The notes beneath the pieces were generated by a model that saw only the letters and a list, made by a program, of their open reading frames with translations, ran no database searches and had not been told where the DNA came from. Position numbers and translations under genes: made by a program. Source: Putridiphycobacter sp. (GTDB lineage: Bacteria; Bacteroidota; Bacteroidia; Flavobacteriales_D; Crocinitomicaceae). From it: a stretch of DNA of 64,000 bases. Every line of letters begins with the position of its first letter. The stretch's first letter is position 1. Of this stretch, positions 8,360 through 17,542 are shown piece by piece. The stretch covers positions 4,302,913 through 4,366,912 of the forward strand of contig OZ245997.1 of the NCBI GenBank assembly GCA_965230195.1. The letters run 5' to 3'.

Positions 8360-9295
8360 TCAATTCCTTCCAATCTGGCCGGCTAAAAGATAAATGACAG
8401 CCATTCGGATAGCGACACCATTTTCAACCTGTTGTAAAATAATGGATTGATCAGAATCAGCAACATCACTCGTAATTTCAACCCCTCTGTTGATTGGTCC
8501 GGGGTGCATCACTGTGATTTTTTTGTCCAAACTATCCAGTAAAGCCTTATCCAGGCCAAATAACATAGAATATTCACGTAGTGAAGGGAAGTATTTCATT
8601 TCCTGGCGTTCCAATTGGATTCTAAGCATGTTGGCGACATCACACCATTCCAATGCTTTTCTAAGGTTATGTTCAACCTTCACTCCCAATTCATGAATAT
8701 GCTTTGGAATTAAGGTTGTTGGTCCGCAAACCATCACCTCAGCCCCCAATTTCTGCAGGCAGAAAATATTAGACAATGCCACTCTTGAATGCAATATATC
8801 ACCAACAATAACCACTTTTTTGCCTGTAAAGTCCTCACCATGCTTTTCACGTATGGAATAAGCATCTAATAAGGCCTGCGTAGGATGTTCATGTGTACCA
8901 TCTCCGGCATTGACTACCCTGGCATCAATTCGTTCAGATAGAAACTTTGCAGCTCCCGGGTTGGGATGTCTCATCACTACCATATCCACTTTCATGGACA
9001 AAATATTATTAACGGTATCTACCAGTGTTTCTCCTTTTTTCACTGAAGAACTGGCTGCTGAAAAATTCACAATATCAGCTGACAATCGTTTTTCAGCCAA
9101 TTCAAAGGACAACCTGGTTCGGGTAGAATTTTCAAAAAACAGGTTCGCAATAGTCACATCACGAAGCGAAGGCACCTTTTTAATCGGGCGATTAATCACC
9201 TGTTTAAAATTGTCAGCGGTTTTAAAGATCAGTTCAATGTCTTCTTTGGTTAAATCTTTAATTCCAATAATATGTTTTACACTTAAATTATCCAT
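8360..9295 (-). CDS. pyrB: Aspartate carbamoyltransferase catalytic subunit
   Basis: Motifs 'FENSTRTRLSFE', 'HPTQALLD' and 'HPGPINRG'. I placed the start at the internal ATG (MDNLSVKH..., 9295), 2 nt after the pyrR stop, rather than at the track start 9322, which would overlap pyrR by 35 nt. Confidence 0.93.
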   Translation of the reverse strand: MDNLSVKHIIGIKDLTKEDIELIFKTADNFKQVINRPIKKVPSLRDVTIANLFFENSTRTRLSFELAEKRLSADIVNFSAASSSVKKGETLVDTVNNILSMKVDMVVMRHPNPGAAKFLSERIDARVVNAGDGTHEHPTQALLDAYSIREKHGEDFTGKKVVIVGDILHSRVALSNIFCLQKLGAEVMVCGPTTLIPKHIHELGVKVEHNLRKALEWCDVANMLRIQLERQEMKYFPSLREYSMLFGLDKALLDSLDKKITVMHPGPINRGVEITSDVADSDQSIILQQVENGVAIRMAVIYLLAGQIGRN

Positions 9296-9839
9296 TGACT
9301 TCACTTTGTGTATATAAAACAACTTTATCTTCTCCTTCTACCTCATTCCATTCTACTGAAACTCTTTCATTTACTAATGTGTCCACTACTTTACCGGTAT
9401 AATCCGGCTGTATCGGCAAATGGCGACGGAACCTTCGATCAATAAAAGCCAGTAATTCCACCCTGTTAGGACGCCCGAATGCTAAAAGTGCATCTAAACC
9501 TGAACGAATGGTTCTTCCGGAAAACAATACATCATCCATTAATATCACGTCTTTATTTTCAATAATAAAGTCAATATTGGTTACGCTTGGAATTAATGGT
9601 GTTTCCCGTCGTCTGAAATCGTCCCTGTAAAAGGTTATATCGAGCTGGCCGCACTGGAGCTCACGATTTAAATCAGCCTCCAGAATTGATTTTAATCTTG
9701 ATAAAACATGGATTCCTCTTGGCTGAAGACCAATTAACACAGTATTATCAAAAGATTGATGATTTTCTTTAAGTTGACTTGCAAGCCGTTGAAGGGTAAT
9801 TTGGAAATGCTTACTGTCTAAAACTGTTCTTTTTTCCAT
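9288..9839 (-). CDS. pyrR: Bifunctional pyrimidine operon regulator / uracil phosphoribosyltransferase PyrR
   Basis: 183 aa with the PRPP-binding motif 'VILMDDVLFSGRTIR'. It lies directly upstream of pyrB. Confidence 0.9.
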   Translation of the reverse strand: MEKRTVLDSKHFQITLQRLASQLKENHQSFDNTVLIGLQPRGIHVLSRLKSILEADLNRELQCGQLDITFYRDDFRRRETPLIPSVTNIDFIIENKDVILMDDVLFSGRTIRSGLDALLAFGRPNRVELLAFIDRRFRRHLPIQPDYTGKVVDTLVNERVSVEWNEVEGEDKVVLYTQSEVNG

Positions 9840-9854
9840 TGTTTAAAGATTAGC

Positions 9855-9862
9855 CAAAAGTA
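9855..9862 (-). promoter_or_regulatory. Candidate -7 box (TACTTTTG) for pyrR-pyrB
   Basis: The reverse complement of caaaagta matches TAnnTTTG. The box is only 14 nt upstream of the pyrR ATG, which implies a very short leader. Confidence 0.25.
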
Positions 9863-10059
9863 ATAGTTTTGATTCAGAATACCTCTATTGGCTGTCAATA
9901 ATTTTGTGAAGATTCTTTGTTAGCATCAACATATCACTCCAGGTCACATTTCTATATTAAGAAATGACTTACCACTTAAATCAACAAATGGGGCATTTAA
10001 AATAATTAATTCAGTTTTGACACAATAAATGATTAATTTCACGTTATAAATAATGTAAA

Positions 10060-10147
10060 ATATCCCGGCTTCAAGTTTATTTTCTTTTTTTCATAGGGTT
10101 AACAAATTGGTATTTATACCAGAGAATTATAAAAGAAGTCGGGATAT
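10060..10147 (-). terminator. Long-range inverted repeat directly after the yciH stop (possible terminator or structured element)
   Basis: Arms ATATCCCGGCTTC (10060-10072) and GAAGTCGGGATAT (10135-10147) are complementary at 12/13 positions and 62 nt apart. An inner palindrome ggtatttatacc lies at 10109-10120. On the minus-strand RNA the closing arm is followed by UUUACAUUAUUUAU. Confidence 0.3.
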
Positions 10148-10491
10148 TATCCTCCAATCTTTTTAACTCTGTACCCATCTTTTTTCAGCAAGTCCATTAC
10201 TTTATTTAAATGGTTACCCTGAATCATAATTTCACCATCTTTTACAGCCCCGCCAACACCACATTTGGATTTCAGTGTTTTACCCAGTGCTTTTAAATCT
10301 TCATCTGATCCAACAAAACCTGTTATTAAAGTTACTTCTTTCCCTTTTCGCTGTTTACGGTCTATTTGCACCCTTAAATCCTGTTGAGCAGGCTCCAGCG
10401 TTTCGAGCGCTTCATCTTCTTCGTAATCAAATGAGAAATCAGGGTTAGTGGAATACACCACATTGATTTTTTTATTTTTCTTTTTTGACAT
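10147..10491 (-). CDS. yciH: Translation initiation factor SUI1/eIF1 family (YciH-like)
   Basis: 114 aa. 'KGKEVTLITGF' and 'LKSKCGVGGAVKDGEIMIQGNH' are the hallmark SUI1 core. The start overlaps the upstream stop (TAATG). Confidence 0.88.
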   Translation of the reverse strand: MSKKKNKKINVVYSTNPDFSFDYEEDEALETLEPAQQDLRVQIDRKQRKGKEVTLITGFVGSDEDLKALGKTLKSKCGVGGAVKDGEIMIQGNHLNKVMDLLKKDGYRVKKIGG

Positions 10492-11318
10492 TACTCTGTT
10501 ATTTTTTTTGTGAACGCCGGGTTATCAGTTATAATAAAGTCTGGTTCATGACTAATAGTCGATCTGATTTCATGGTTGGATTTTCCACCAAATAATCCCC
10601 AGGTTACATTCTGATCAATGAGTTCATTTAAACTGCTAAAATCAGTAATATTTTGTAAAAGTATATAATTGAAATCATTTTCTTTAAGAATATCAACACC
10701 AGCATTAATATTATCAATACTTACAGCCCGATTACCTATATTGAGCCCATTTAAAAATTCCACTGTCCAGCTGCCGGCAATAATATACTCCTTGTCGGAT
10801 TCAGAGTATTGTTCAAGTAATTTATTCATAGCAACTACTGTTGGCTTAACAACATCATGACCTAAGCAAGGATTCCACAGTTTAAAATCCAGATAAGCAT
10901 ATTTTTTCCTGACTAATAAGTAGTCTAAAGCTGTTTTCAGCTTTACAATTTTATACTTTGAATAATTTAAATTCAGTTCCTTTAAATCGGACCAATTATA
11001 ATCTCCAATACAACCGCTATAGTTAGCGGAGGTTTGAATGTAAAGGTCATGGTACAGTACCAAAACGGAATCCCGGGTTAATTGAATATCTACCTCTACC
11101 CCGTCTACATCTAAAAACTCAATACTATGTTGTATTGATTCGAGACTATTGGGCGGAAAAAAAGTACGTTCCTCATATAAAGAAGTTCCGGCATGAGAAA
11201 ACACGATCACATCAGGCAGTTTTTGTTTTTTACTGCACCCGGCTATCATTAAAATGATAAACCAAACCAACAGTAATCTCCCCGTTATAGTATGTTTTTT
11301 CAAAACTGTCATCTGCAT
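10491..11318 (-). CDS. Glycerophosphodiester phosphodiesterase family lipoprotein
   Basis: 'IVFSHAGTS' and 'GVEVDIQLTRDSVLVLYHD' match the GDPD catalytic core. I placed the start at the internal Met (MQMTVLKKHTITGRLLLVWFIILMIAGC), which gives a signal peptide plus lipobox. The track start 11357 is less likely. Confidence 0.7.
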   Translation of the reverse strand: MQMTVLKKHTITGRLLLVWFIILMIAGCSKKQKLPDVIVFSHAGTSLYEERTFFPPNSLESIQHSIEFLDVDGVEVDIQLTRDSVLVLYHDLYIQTSANYSGCIGDYNWSDLKELNLNYSKYKIVKLKTALDYLLVRKKYAYLDFKLWNPCLGHDVVKPTVVAMNKLLEQYSESDKEYIIAGSWTVEFLNGLNIGNRAVSIDNINAGVDILKENDFNYILLQNITDFSSLNELIDQNVTWGLFGGKSNHEIRSTISHEPDFIITDNPAFTKKITE

Positions 11319-11745
11319 TATTTTGTTTTGACCATGTTGGAATAATTCCCACTCCAACCCCTTGTGTAATTGCCAGTTTTTTGGTCAGAAAAAAACCAAT
11401 ATTGTGCTTTAAACTAACTTCCGACAGTAAAAATGTGGCGTTGGTTTTCTTTTCTCTAAAAATACTGAAATTAACTGAAGGATAAAAAAACAGTTTTCCT
11501 GATTTTGAGTCAATCCTGTACCTGTATGCCATATTTAAACCAACCGGGACGGTTTCAAAAAACAAGTTATAAGCGTATGTCCTTGCACCAACACTGATTC
11601 CATGATTTCCTAATCCCAACTCATAGTATGGGTTAAAGAAAAGTCCTACCCTGTTATACCCTGATTCGAAACCAAAATGATGTGACCTGGCATGACAAAA
11701 AGTATGCGAAAATATCAGACACCCTATCAGAAAAACGACTCTCAT
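11230..11745 (-). CDS. Small putative outer-membrane beta-barrel protein
   Basis: Signal peptide MRVVFLIGCLIFSHTFCHA. It shows beta-strand periodicity and a terminal strand 'EITVGLVYHF'. The ATG overlaps the upstream TGA by 1 nt. Confidence 0.4.
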   Translation of the reverse strand: MRVVFLIGCLIFSHTFCHARSHHFGFESGYNRVGLFFNPYYELGLGNHGISVGARTYAYNLFFETVPVGLNMAYRYRIDSKSGKLFFYPSVNFSIFREKKTNATFLLSEVSLKHNIGFFLTKKLAITQGVGVGIIPTWSKQNNADDSFEKTYYNGEITVGLVYHFNDSRVQ

Positions 11746-13256
11746 CAGAAAGTATAAACCGGTATGCTATCCTGTTTAGTGTAATCCCGCTGCTTGAGCT
11801 TAAGTTTTAATTTGTCGGCTAACCTTTCTTTGATTAAATTCTGGTTCTGAACGGATACATCAGGACCAAAACGTACTGAAACGGTGTAGTTGGTATCAGG
11901 AACTCCCAGGTTATTTGTTGTATAAGCCTGGTTAATACTGATATTTACACATTGCGGATAATCAATTTTGAAATCCTGGATCAGTTCCTGCATATTAATT
12001 ATTGACTTAGTCTGATTCCCTGTTCTTATTTTTTCTAATTTATCCATCAGCTCCGTAATCTTAAAGTCTCTTTCCTTTATCATATTGAGCAAATCCTTAC
12101 TCCCCACATTATTAGCCAATACATCTTTGAGTTTTTGATCAAAAAATGTTTTATAATCACCATCCTGATAAATATTAATGCCAACATTCTCTTTCAGGTC
12201 ATAATCAGGTTTTTGCTTCAACCATAGCGCTTTAGTTTGTTCGCTCACAATTGCCCCCTGAATTACTACATCTATATAGGCCGAATCGGAATTAATAACA
12301 ATTGTGCTGGACACTTTCCCAACAGTATTAGGTCTGATCACCTTAGCAATAAAATCATTGGCATTATTTTCAAAAATAGTTTTTTGGGCCATTTTATAAA
12401 ATAAATAACCTGATGGCCCAATGACCACAACCACCATAAATGCTATAATGTAGGTTTTAACCTTTCTTTCTATTTTAGGGTCAACATACTCCCGTTTTGG
12501 AAAATTAAAATATCGGACTACAATTAGTGTGGACAACGAGATTAAAACCGAATTAATAACAAAAAGATACAGTGCACCCAGAAAGAAATTCAGGTTTCCT
12601 ACCGCCAATCCATATCCTGCTGTACATAATGGCGGCATTAGCGCTGTAGCAATAGCTACTCCGGGAATTACGGTATCATTTTTTCCATTAACCACAGCCA
12701 TTACACCGGCCAGTCCTCCAAAAAATGCAATAACCACATCTAAAAATGTGGGCTCTGTTCTAATGAATAATTGCTCTGTAATGGTATCGATTGGAGAAAT
12801 TAAAAAATACAGGAACGACACCCCCAAACTTACGCCTACTGTAATACCCAAATTTTTTAAGGAGCGCATGATCATTGTAAAATCATTGATTCCAACTCCA
12901 AAGCCTATTCCTCTAATCGGTCCCATTAAAGGTGAGATTAACATGGCTCCAACAATCACTGCGGTTGAATTTACATTTAACCCAACTGAGGCAATGGCAA
13001 TTGAACACATTAAAATCCATACGTTGTAGCCCTGTACCGCAATACCATCCTTCACCTCCTTGACCACATGAGAATAGGAAATTAGCTCTTCCCGAATTGA
13101 AAAAATTGTTTTGACAAAGTCAATAAGGTTTGACAAAAACGCAACTGGTTTTTTTTCAATTTTAAATTTGGTGGGGTCTGTATTAATAGCATCCTGATAT
13201 CCGTTGGATGCTTTTTCCTCATCCTGAGGTAAATCCTGGCTTTCTGACATATTCAA
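11745..13256 (-). CDS. DUF389 (TIGR00341-like) hydrophobic-domain membrane protein
   Basis: 503 aa. 'GAMLISPLMGPIRGIG' and 'ALMPPLCTAGYGL' are typical DUF389 motifs. It has multiple TM helices and a soluble C-terminal half. Confidence 0.65.
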   Translation of the reverse strand: MNMSESQDLPQDEEKASNGYQDAINTDPTKFKIEKKPVAFLSNLIDFVKTIFSIREELISYSHVVKEVKDGIAVQGYNVWILMCSIAIASVGLNVNSTAVIVGAMLISPLMGPIRGIGFGVGINDFTMIMRSLKNLGITVGVSLGVSFLYFLISPIDTITEQLFIRTEPTFLDVVIAFFGGLAGVMAVVNGKNDTVIPGVAIATALMPPLCTAGYGLAVGNLNFFLGALYLFVINSVLISLSTLIVVRYFNFPKREYVDPKIERKVKTYIIAFMVVVVIGPSGYLFYKMAQKTIFENNANDFIAKVIRPNTVGKVSSTIVINSDSAYIDVVIQGAIVSEQTKALWLKQKPDYDLKENVGINIYQDGDYKTFFDQKLKDVLANNVGSKDLLNMIKERDFKITELMDKLEKIRTGNQTKSIINMQELIQDFKIDYPQCVNISINQAYTTNNLGVPDTNYTVSVRFGPDVSVQNQNLIKERLADKLKLKLKQRDYTKQDSIPVYTF

Positions 13257-13259
13257 TCT

Positions 13260-15470
13260 CTAACGTAACAAATGTATTAATTTAACTAATTCGTTTTGAT
13301 TACATTCATTTTCAAAAGCATTTAACACCTTTTGTTTTTCCAATTCGGTTAAATGCCAGCTTAAAGATATTTTTTCTTCAGGATTTTTACGCAATAAAAA
13401 GGCAATTTTATCAATTTTCAGGTCTGTAAGCCCTAATAATTCTATCATTTCACTTGCATTGTATTCCTGTGAATGCAGGTAATTGTCATAAAAATTGCCT
13501 ATTGGTCTCACCAGACGGTCTTTAATTGAAAGATTATCATGATTAGTCAAATCATAATCTTTACTGATATCTCTTATTTCCACCAAAATAATGCCGCTTG
13601 TGTTTTCAGAAAACCACTGTTTAAAGGCTTCGATATAACGGATAGAGGTTTTAATACCGTAATTGTCTCTGATGCCTGCATCCATCACTGCTGTTTCAGG
13701 AGCAGTAGGTAAATTCACCATGGGTAAAACATAAGGGAATGTGGCGTTCATTCTTAAAGCTGTTAGAAACTTTAATTCCATAGCATTGTTATTGCTAAAC
13801 AATTTGGTTAATTCTACATTTTCAGGTCCGATATCTTTATTTTCAAAATTCAATCCGTTCAGAAAAGAATATGGTTGTGCACCTATGACCAATCGCCGGC
13901 CATCATTAATAATAGTAGGTGTTAAAACCACCAAAGGCATTTCAACTTCAGCTTCCAGTTTTTCATAATAATGTAATGGTTTATTCAACAGGGCCTGAGT
14001 ACTTTCATTCAAATCTCTTTCAAATGAGTACCCGCGATCGGCGGTATACATTCTGCCACTGTATTTTGTTTTAGTATTCCTTAAAAAAAGATCGTTTGTA
14101 ATTAGAGAAAATGACATACTGTTGAGCAGATCATTCCCCATATTTTTAAAGTAAACCGAATCCCGAACATCTATGTCATATAATGCGGAGTGATAAAATA
14201 ATTCTCTAAAATAACAAGCTCCCAGCATACCTCCTGAAGCACCGGTCATTAAATGTGTACTATTCATGAATTTTCCTTCAAATGCAGTATTTAACTGCTG
14301 AAATACATTGAAGGACCACAAAGCTGATCGAATCCCACCCCCTGATATATTAACAATAATAAGTTTTGGCTTTTTCACTCCCTGAGCCTCGCAGGCCTTT
14401 TTCTTCCATTTTTCCAGAATTTCCAAGTGATGTGTAATATCCTCCTGTAAAATGGAATCATTAAACTGAATCGACTTTAAATGCTCAAGCTTATAATCTA
14501 CCTTGGTATCATAATTGAGTCCAAAAGCATAACTTTTTACTGAAAATGCTGATGTGGTATAGGATAAATAATTAAAAGAAATAACCAGAATAACGATCAC
14601 CATAGTTGTCCAGGCCTTTAACCAGGAGTATATGATACTTATGATCATTATTAATAGGGTGAAGAGGAGTATAATGCTGGCTGCGGCAGGAATCAGCAAT
14701 GCATCAACGCCGTGAAAGATTCCTAAAACCAAAAATGAAATGACAACAAACAATTCAAATAATGTTGCATTAAAATAGTTCTGCTTTAATACTTTTTCAA
14801 ACAATTCCCGTTCATAATGTTCAACCGGTCTGGTTGGCTTAACAGAGAAGAGTCCCTTCATATAGAAATTAGGCTTGTACTTTTTGGCCACTCCTATTTT
14901 GATAAAATTGAAAGGACGGATAAAAAAGGACTTGGCAAGGTTATCACTTTGAACATTAAATTTTTTTGTATTCTTATTAGTCAACCAGAAATAGGCCATT
15001 GAGATTAATAAAAAAGCCACAACACCAAAAAGTAATGCAATAATGTAATACACCACCTCTTCAACCGATTTAAGGTCTTCATAAAGTTCAACTTCGCAAA
15101 TATTCATGATCATTACCACTAAAAAAATGGTTGGAATCAATGAATTATTAATACAAAATTTGTAGAACGGACGTGCAAGGGTTGCAATAAAAGGAAAAGA
15201 TGGTCCTAAAATCAAGTAGCTGTATAAATGAAAAGCCATAAAGAACCCGCCAACAGCAAAGCCCAAAATAAAGTATGATAGCATTCCAACCTCATTCAGG
15301 TATTCAGGAGAAAGGAAAAGATAAGGTACCCCAAAACCTGAGGCCACGGTTTGCGACACAAAGCCAAACAATAATCCCCAAACCAATAGTAAAACATGGT
15401 TTTTCTTAAAATGTAAAAAAAACAATTGCAGGGGAAAAAATTTAAGATACTTTTTAAGTTGTTTCATCAT
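13260..15470 (-). CDS. Patatin-like phospholipase with an N-terminal polytopic membrane domain
   Basis: 736 aa. The oxyanion motif is 'SGGGIRSA', the nucleophile motif is 'GASGG' (GxSxG), and 'DAGIRDN' supplies the catalytic Asp. The first ~300 aa are strongly hydrophobic. Confidence 0.8.
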   Translation of the reverse strand: MMKQLKKYLKFFPLQLFFLHFKKNHVLLLVWGLLFGFVSQTVASGFGVPYLFLSPEYLNEVGMLSYFILGFAVGGFFMAFHLYSYLILGPSFPFIATLARPFYKFCINNSLIPTIFLVVMIMNICEVELYEDLKSVEEVVYYIIALLFGVVAFLLISMAYFWLTNKNTKKFNVQSDNLAKSFFIRPFNFIKIGVAKKYKPNFYMKGLFSVKPTRPVEHYERELFEKVLKQNYFNATLFELFVVISFLVLGIFHGVDALLIPAAASIILLFTLLIMIISIIYSWLKAWTTMVIVILVISFNYLSYTTSAFSVKSYAFGLNYDTKVDYKLEHLKSIQFNDSILQEDITHHLEILEKWKKKACEAQGVKKPKLIIVNISGGGIRSALWSFNVFQQLNTAFEGKFMNSTHLMTGASGGMLGACYFRELFYHSALYDIDVRDSVYFKNMGNDLLNSMSFSLITNDLFLRNTKTKYSGRMYTADRGYSFERDLNESTQALLNKPLHYYEKLEAEVEMPLVVLTPTIINDGRRLVIGAQPYSFLNGLNFENKDIGPENVELTKLFSNNNAMELKFLTALRMNATFPYVLPMVNLPTAPETAVMDAGIRDNYGIKTSIRYIEAFKQWFSENTSGIILVEIRDISKDYDLTNHDNLSIKDRLVRPIGNFYDNYLHSQEYNASEMIELLGLTDLKIDKIAFLLRKNPEEKISLSWHLTELEKQKVLNAFENECNQNELVKLIHLLR

Positions 15471-15548
15471 GTTAGCTTAGAAAATATACAAAAAAGCATC
15501 TGGATTTCCAAGAATACGGCCTCTTTTATTTTAAAGTGTGGCAATCAC

Positions 15549-16154
15549 TTATTCCCATGTTAGTTTTTGCTTATCACTGATTTTAAATTGATATTTCGGC
15601 TTATCACTGAACAGTTTACCGGCAACTTTAATCAATGCGCTGTTTAATTCAAATTGTTGATCTCCGAACCGGACTAAAATCAATTTATCCTGGTAAATAT
15701 TACACCACATAGGGACTTCACCTTTTACAGCTATATTCTCTCCGGGTGTAATTTCATAACATCCTTTTCCAAAACAATCCATCCAGTTATAAATGGCATT
15801 GTTCAAAGCATTAGTATCTTTAAACGAGTAGTAAAATAAATCAACCTGTCCTGATAAAGAATCCTTTGATAAAAAGCTCACTTTTTCTCTTGCAATTACA
15901 GAAAACCTATCAAACAAAGTAGTCATTTTATTGGTACTGGTATCATAAGTATCAGCTAATTCTAAAACCAGTGGTCCTAAGGTGGTAGAATCAGTAACTA
16001 TAACCACAGTATCGGTCACTTCATGATCAGTCAAAGTATCCTCGTTTTTACCTCCAATCAGATCTTCAATACTGATCACCTCCTCTGTTGCTTCTTTATT
16101 GTTACAAGCTAACAGGATTAACCCTAAACTAATGTATATGAAATTTTTTATCAT
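15549..16154 (-). CDS. Hypothetical lipoprotein
   Basis: Signal peptide plus lipobox (LILLACN). No recognisable domain. Confidence 0.4.
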   Translation of the reverse strand: MIKNFIYISLGLILLACNNKEATEEVISIEDLIGGKNEDTLTDHEVTDTVVIVTDSTTLGPLVLELADTYDTSTNKMTTLFDRFSVIAREKVSFLSKDSLSGQVDLFYYSFKDTNALNNAIYNWMDCFGKGCYEITPGENIAVKGEVPMWCNIYQDKLILVRFGDQQFELNSALIKVAGKLFSDKPKYQFKISDKQKLTWE

Positions 16155-16160
16155 ATCAGA

Positions 16161-16400
16161 CTACTCGCAATCTTTCGACAATTCAACTTTAGTTTCGAAT
16201 GAGAGCTTTTCAGCCTCTTCCGCTACCGGTGTATGTGCCATTGTTTTTTCCAAATAGCATTTACAGTATGCCTTGCTTCCTCCTTCTTCCCGACATCCTT
16301 CTAAAAATTCATTTTTCTCGGATGCAGACCATGAGTCGGAATTGCATCCGGTCAATCCCAGAATCAGTAGAAATGCTATAGGGAATTTCAGGATCATCAA
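16161..16400 (-). CDS. Small Cys-rich lipoprotein
   Basis: 79 aa with lipobox LGLTGC and the cysteine pattern CREEGGSKAYCKCY...DCE. The start overlaps the stop of the cysteine desulfurase gene by 4 nt. Confidence 0.4.
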   Translation of the reverse strand: MMILKFPIAFLLILGLTGCNSDSWSASEKNEFLEGCREEGGSKAYCKCYLEKTMAHTPVAEEAEKLSFETKVELSKDCE

Positions 16401-17530
16401 TCTTTCATTATTTTTTTCAGCTTTTCAATCGTAAAGTCTACCTCTTCTTTAGTTGTAAAACGGCTAAAAGAAAACCGAACATTACTACGGGTAGTATCCG
16501 CTTTTATTCCTCTTAACACATGAGACCCTTTATTTGCTCCTGATGTACAGGCACTTCCTCCTGAACAGGCAATTCCTTCCAAATCAAGCATAAACAAAAG
16601 CATTTCCTCCTTTTTAAAGTTTGGAAACAATACATTTAGTACTGTGTAAAGACTGGTATCAGGATTAACATCACCGTTAAAGTCAACGCCTTCAATATTG
16701 GCTTTTAACTGCTCAATCATGTACGATTTAATCCCCTGAACATGGTCAATATGTTCCTGAATGGAATCGTTTGCTAAATCGAGTGCTTTGGTCAAACCAA
16801 CAATACCGGAAATATTTTCAGTTCCTCCTCTTAATCCTCTTTCCTGAGAACCGCCTTCAATAAACGGTTTTATTTGAAGGTCCTTATTAACATATAAAAA
16901 ACCAATTCCTTTTGGTCCATGGAATTTATGCGCTGAACATGTAATAAAATCTATATCTAATTGTTCTAAATCTACCGGATAATGTCCCATAGTCTGAACA
17001 GTATCTGAATGAAAATAAGCGTCAAAAGTTCTGCAAAGTCTGCTCACCTCCTGAATCGGCAGTAAATTTCCTACTTCATTATTGGCATGCATCAGACTGA
17101 CTAAGGCTTTCCCTTCTATGTTTCTAAGCAAATCTTCCAAATGGGCCAGGTCAACATGACCATTTTCAGTAAACTGAACATAAGAAACTGTTACATTGTG
17201 CTTTTCAACAGCTGCTTCAACTGCATGTCCTACTGCATGATGCTCAATCTCGGATGTAATAATATGTTTTACATTCAAATCCTTTACAGCACAAAGAATT
17301 GCCATATTATCAGCTTCAGTACCACCTGAAGTAAAAACAATTTCTTTTGGCTGGCAATTAACCATTTTTGAAATGCTTCTTCTGGCATTTTCAATGATTG
17401 CCTTCGCGTTCCTGCCAAATGAATGTGTGGATGACGGGTTCCCAAAATCATTTTTCAATACATCATACATCATATCTACAACTTCAGGAGCCATAGGGGT
17501 TGTTGCTGCATTATCCAAATAAATAGCCAT
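16397..17530 (-). CDS. Cysteine desulfurase (class V aminotransferase, NifS/IscS family)
   Basis: 377 aa with the PLP lysine motif 'SAHKFHGPKG', the active-site loop 'SGGSACTSG' and 'GGTEADN'. Confidence 0.9.
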   Translation of the reverse strand: MAIYLDNAATTPMAPEVVDMMYDVLKNDFGNPSSTHSFGRNAKAIIENARRSISKMVNCQPKEIVFTSGGTEADNMAILCAVKDLNVKHIITSEIEHHAVGHAVEAAVEKHNVTVSYVQFTENGHVDLAHLEDLLRNIEGKALVSLMHANNEVGNLLPIQEVSRLCRTFDAYFHSDTVQTMGHYPVDLEQLDIDFITCSAHKFHGPKGIGFLYVNKDLQIKPFIEGGSQERGLRGGTENISGIVGLTKALDLANDSIQEHIDHVQGIKSYMIEQLKANIEGVDFNGDVNPDTSLYTVLNVLFPNFKKEEMLLFMLDLEGIACSGGSACTSGANKGSHVLRGIKADTTRSNVRFSFSRFTTKEEVDFTIEKLKKIMKD

Positions 17531-17542
17531 AGTAGTTAGTGT

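Noticed and set aside
9841-9900. PyrR-binding attenuator in the pyrR leader ('AGCCAAUAGAGGUAUU' vaguely resembles the ARUCCAGAGAGGYU loop, and AGCCAA/UUGGCU could pair)
   Set aside because: The match to the consensus is poor. The only -7 box candidate (9855-9862) lies downstream of it, so it would probably not be transcribed. No terminator/antiterminator pair is visible.
12529-13029. 166-aa plus-strand ORF antisense to the DUF389 gene
   Set aside because: It lies entirely within a well-supported minus-strand gene, has low-complexity composition and no start context. The same reasoning applies to the antisense ORFs at 6642-6930, 7610-7840, 8490-9317, 10669-10860, 13741-13968, 14817-15002, 16199-16381, 17141-17329, 18143-18754, 20728-21072, 21405-22396, 25382-25881, 31296-32538, 34892-35856, 37076-37291, 39554-39829, 40396-40587, 41114-43764 and 55244-60366.
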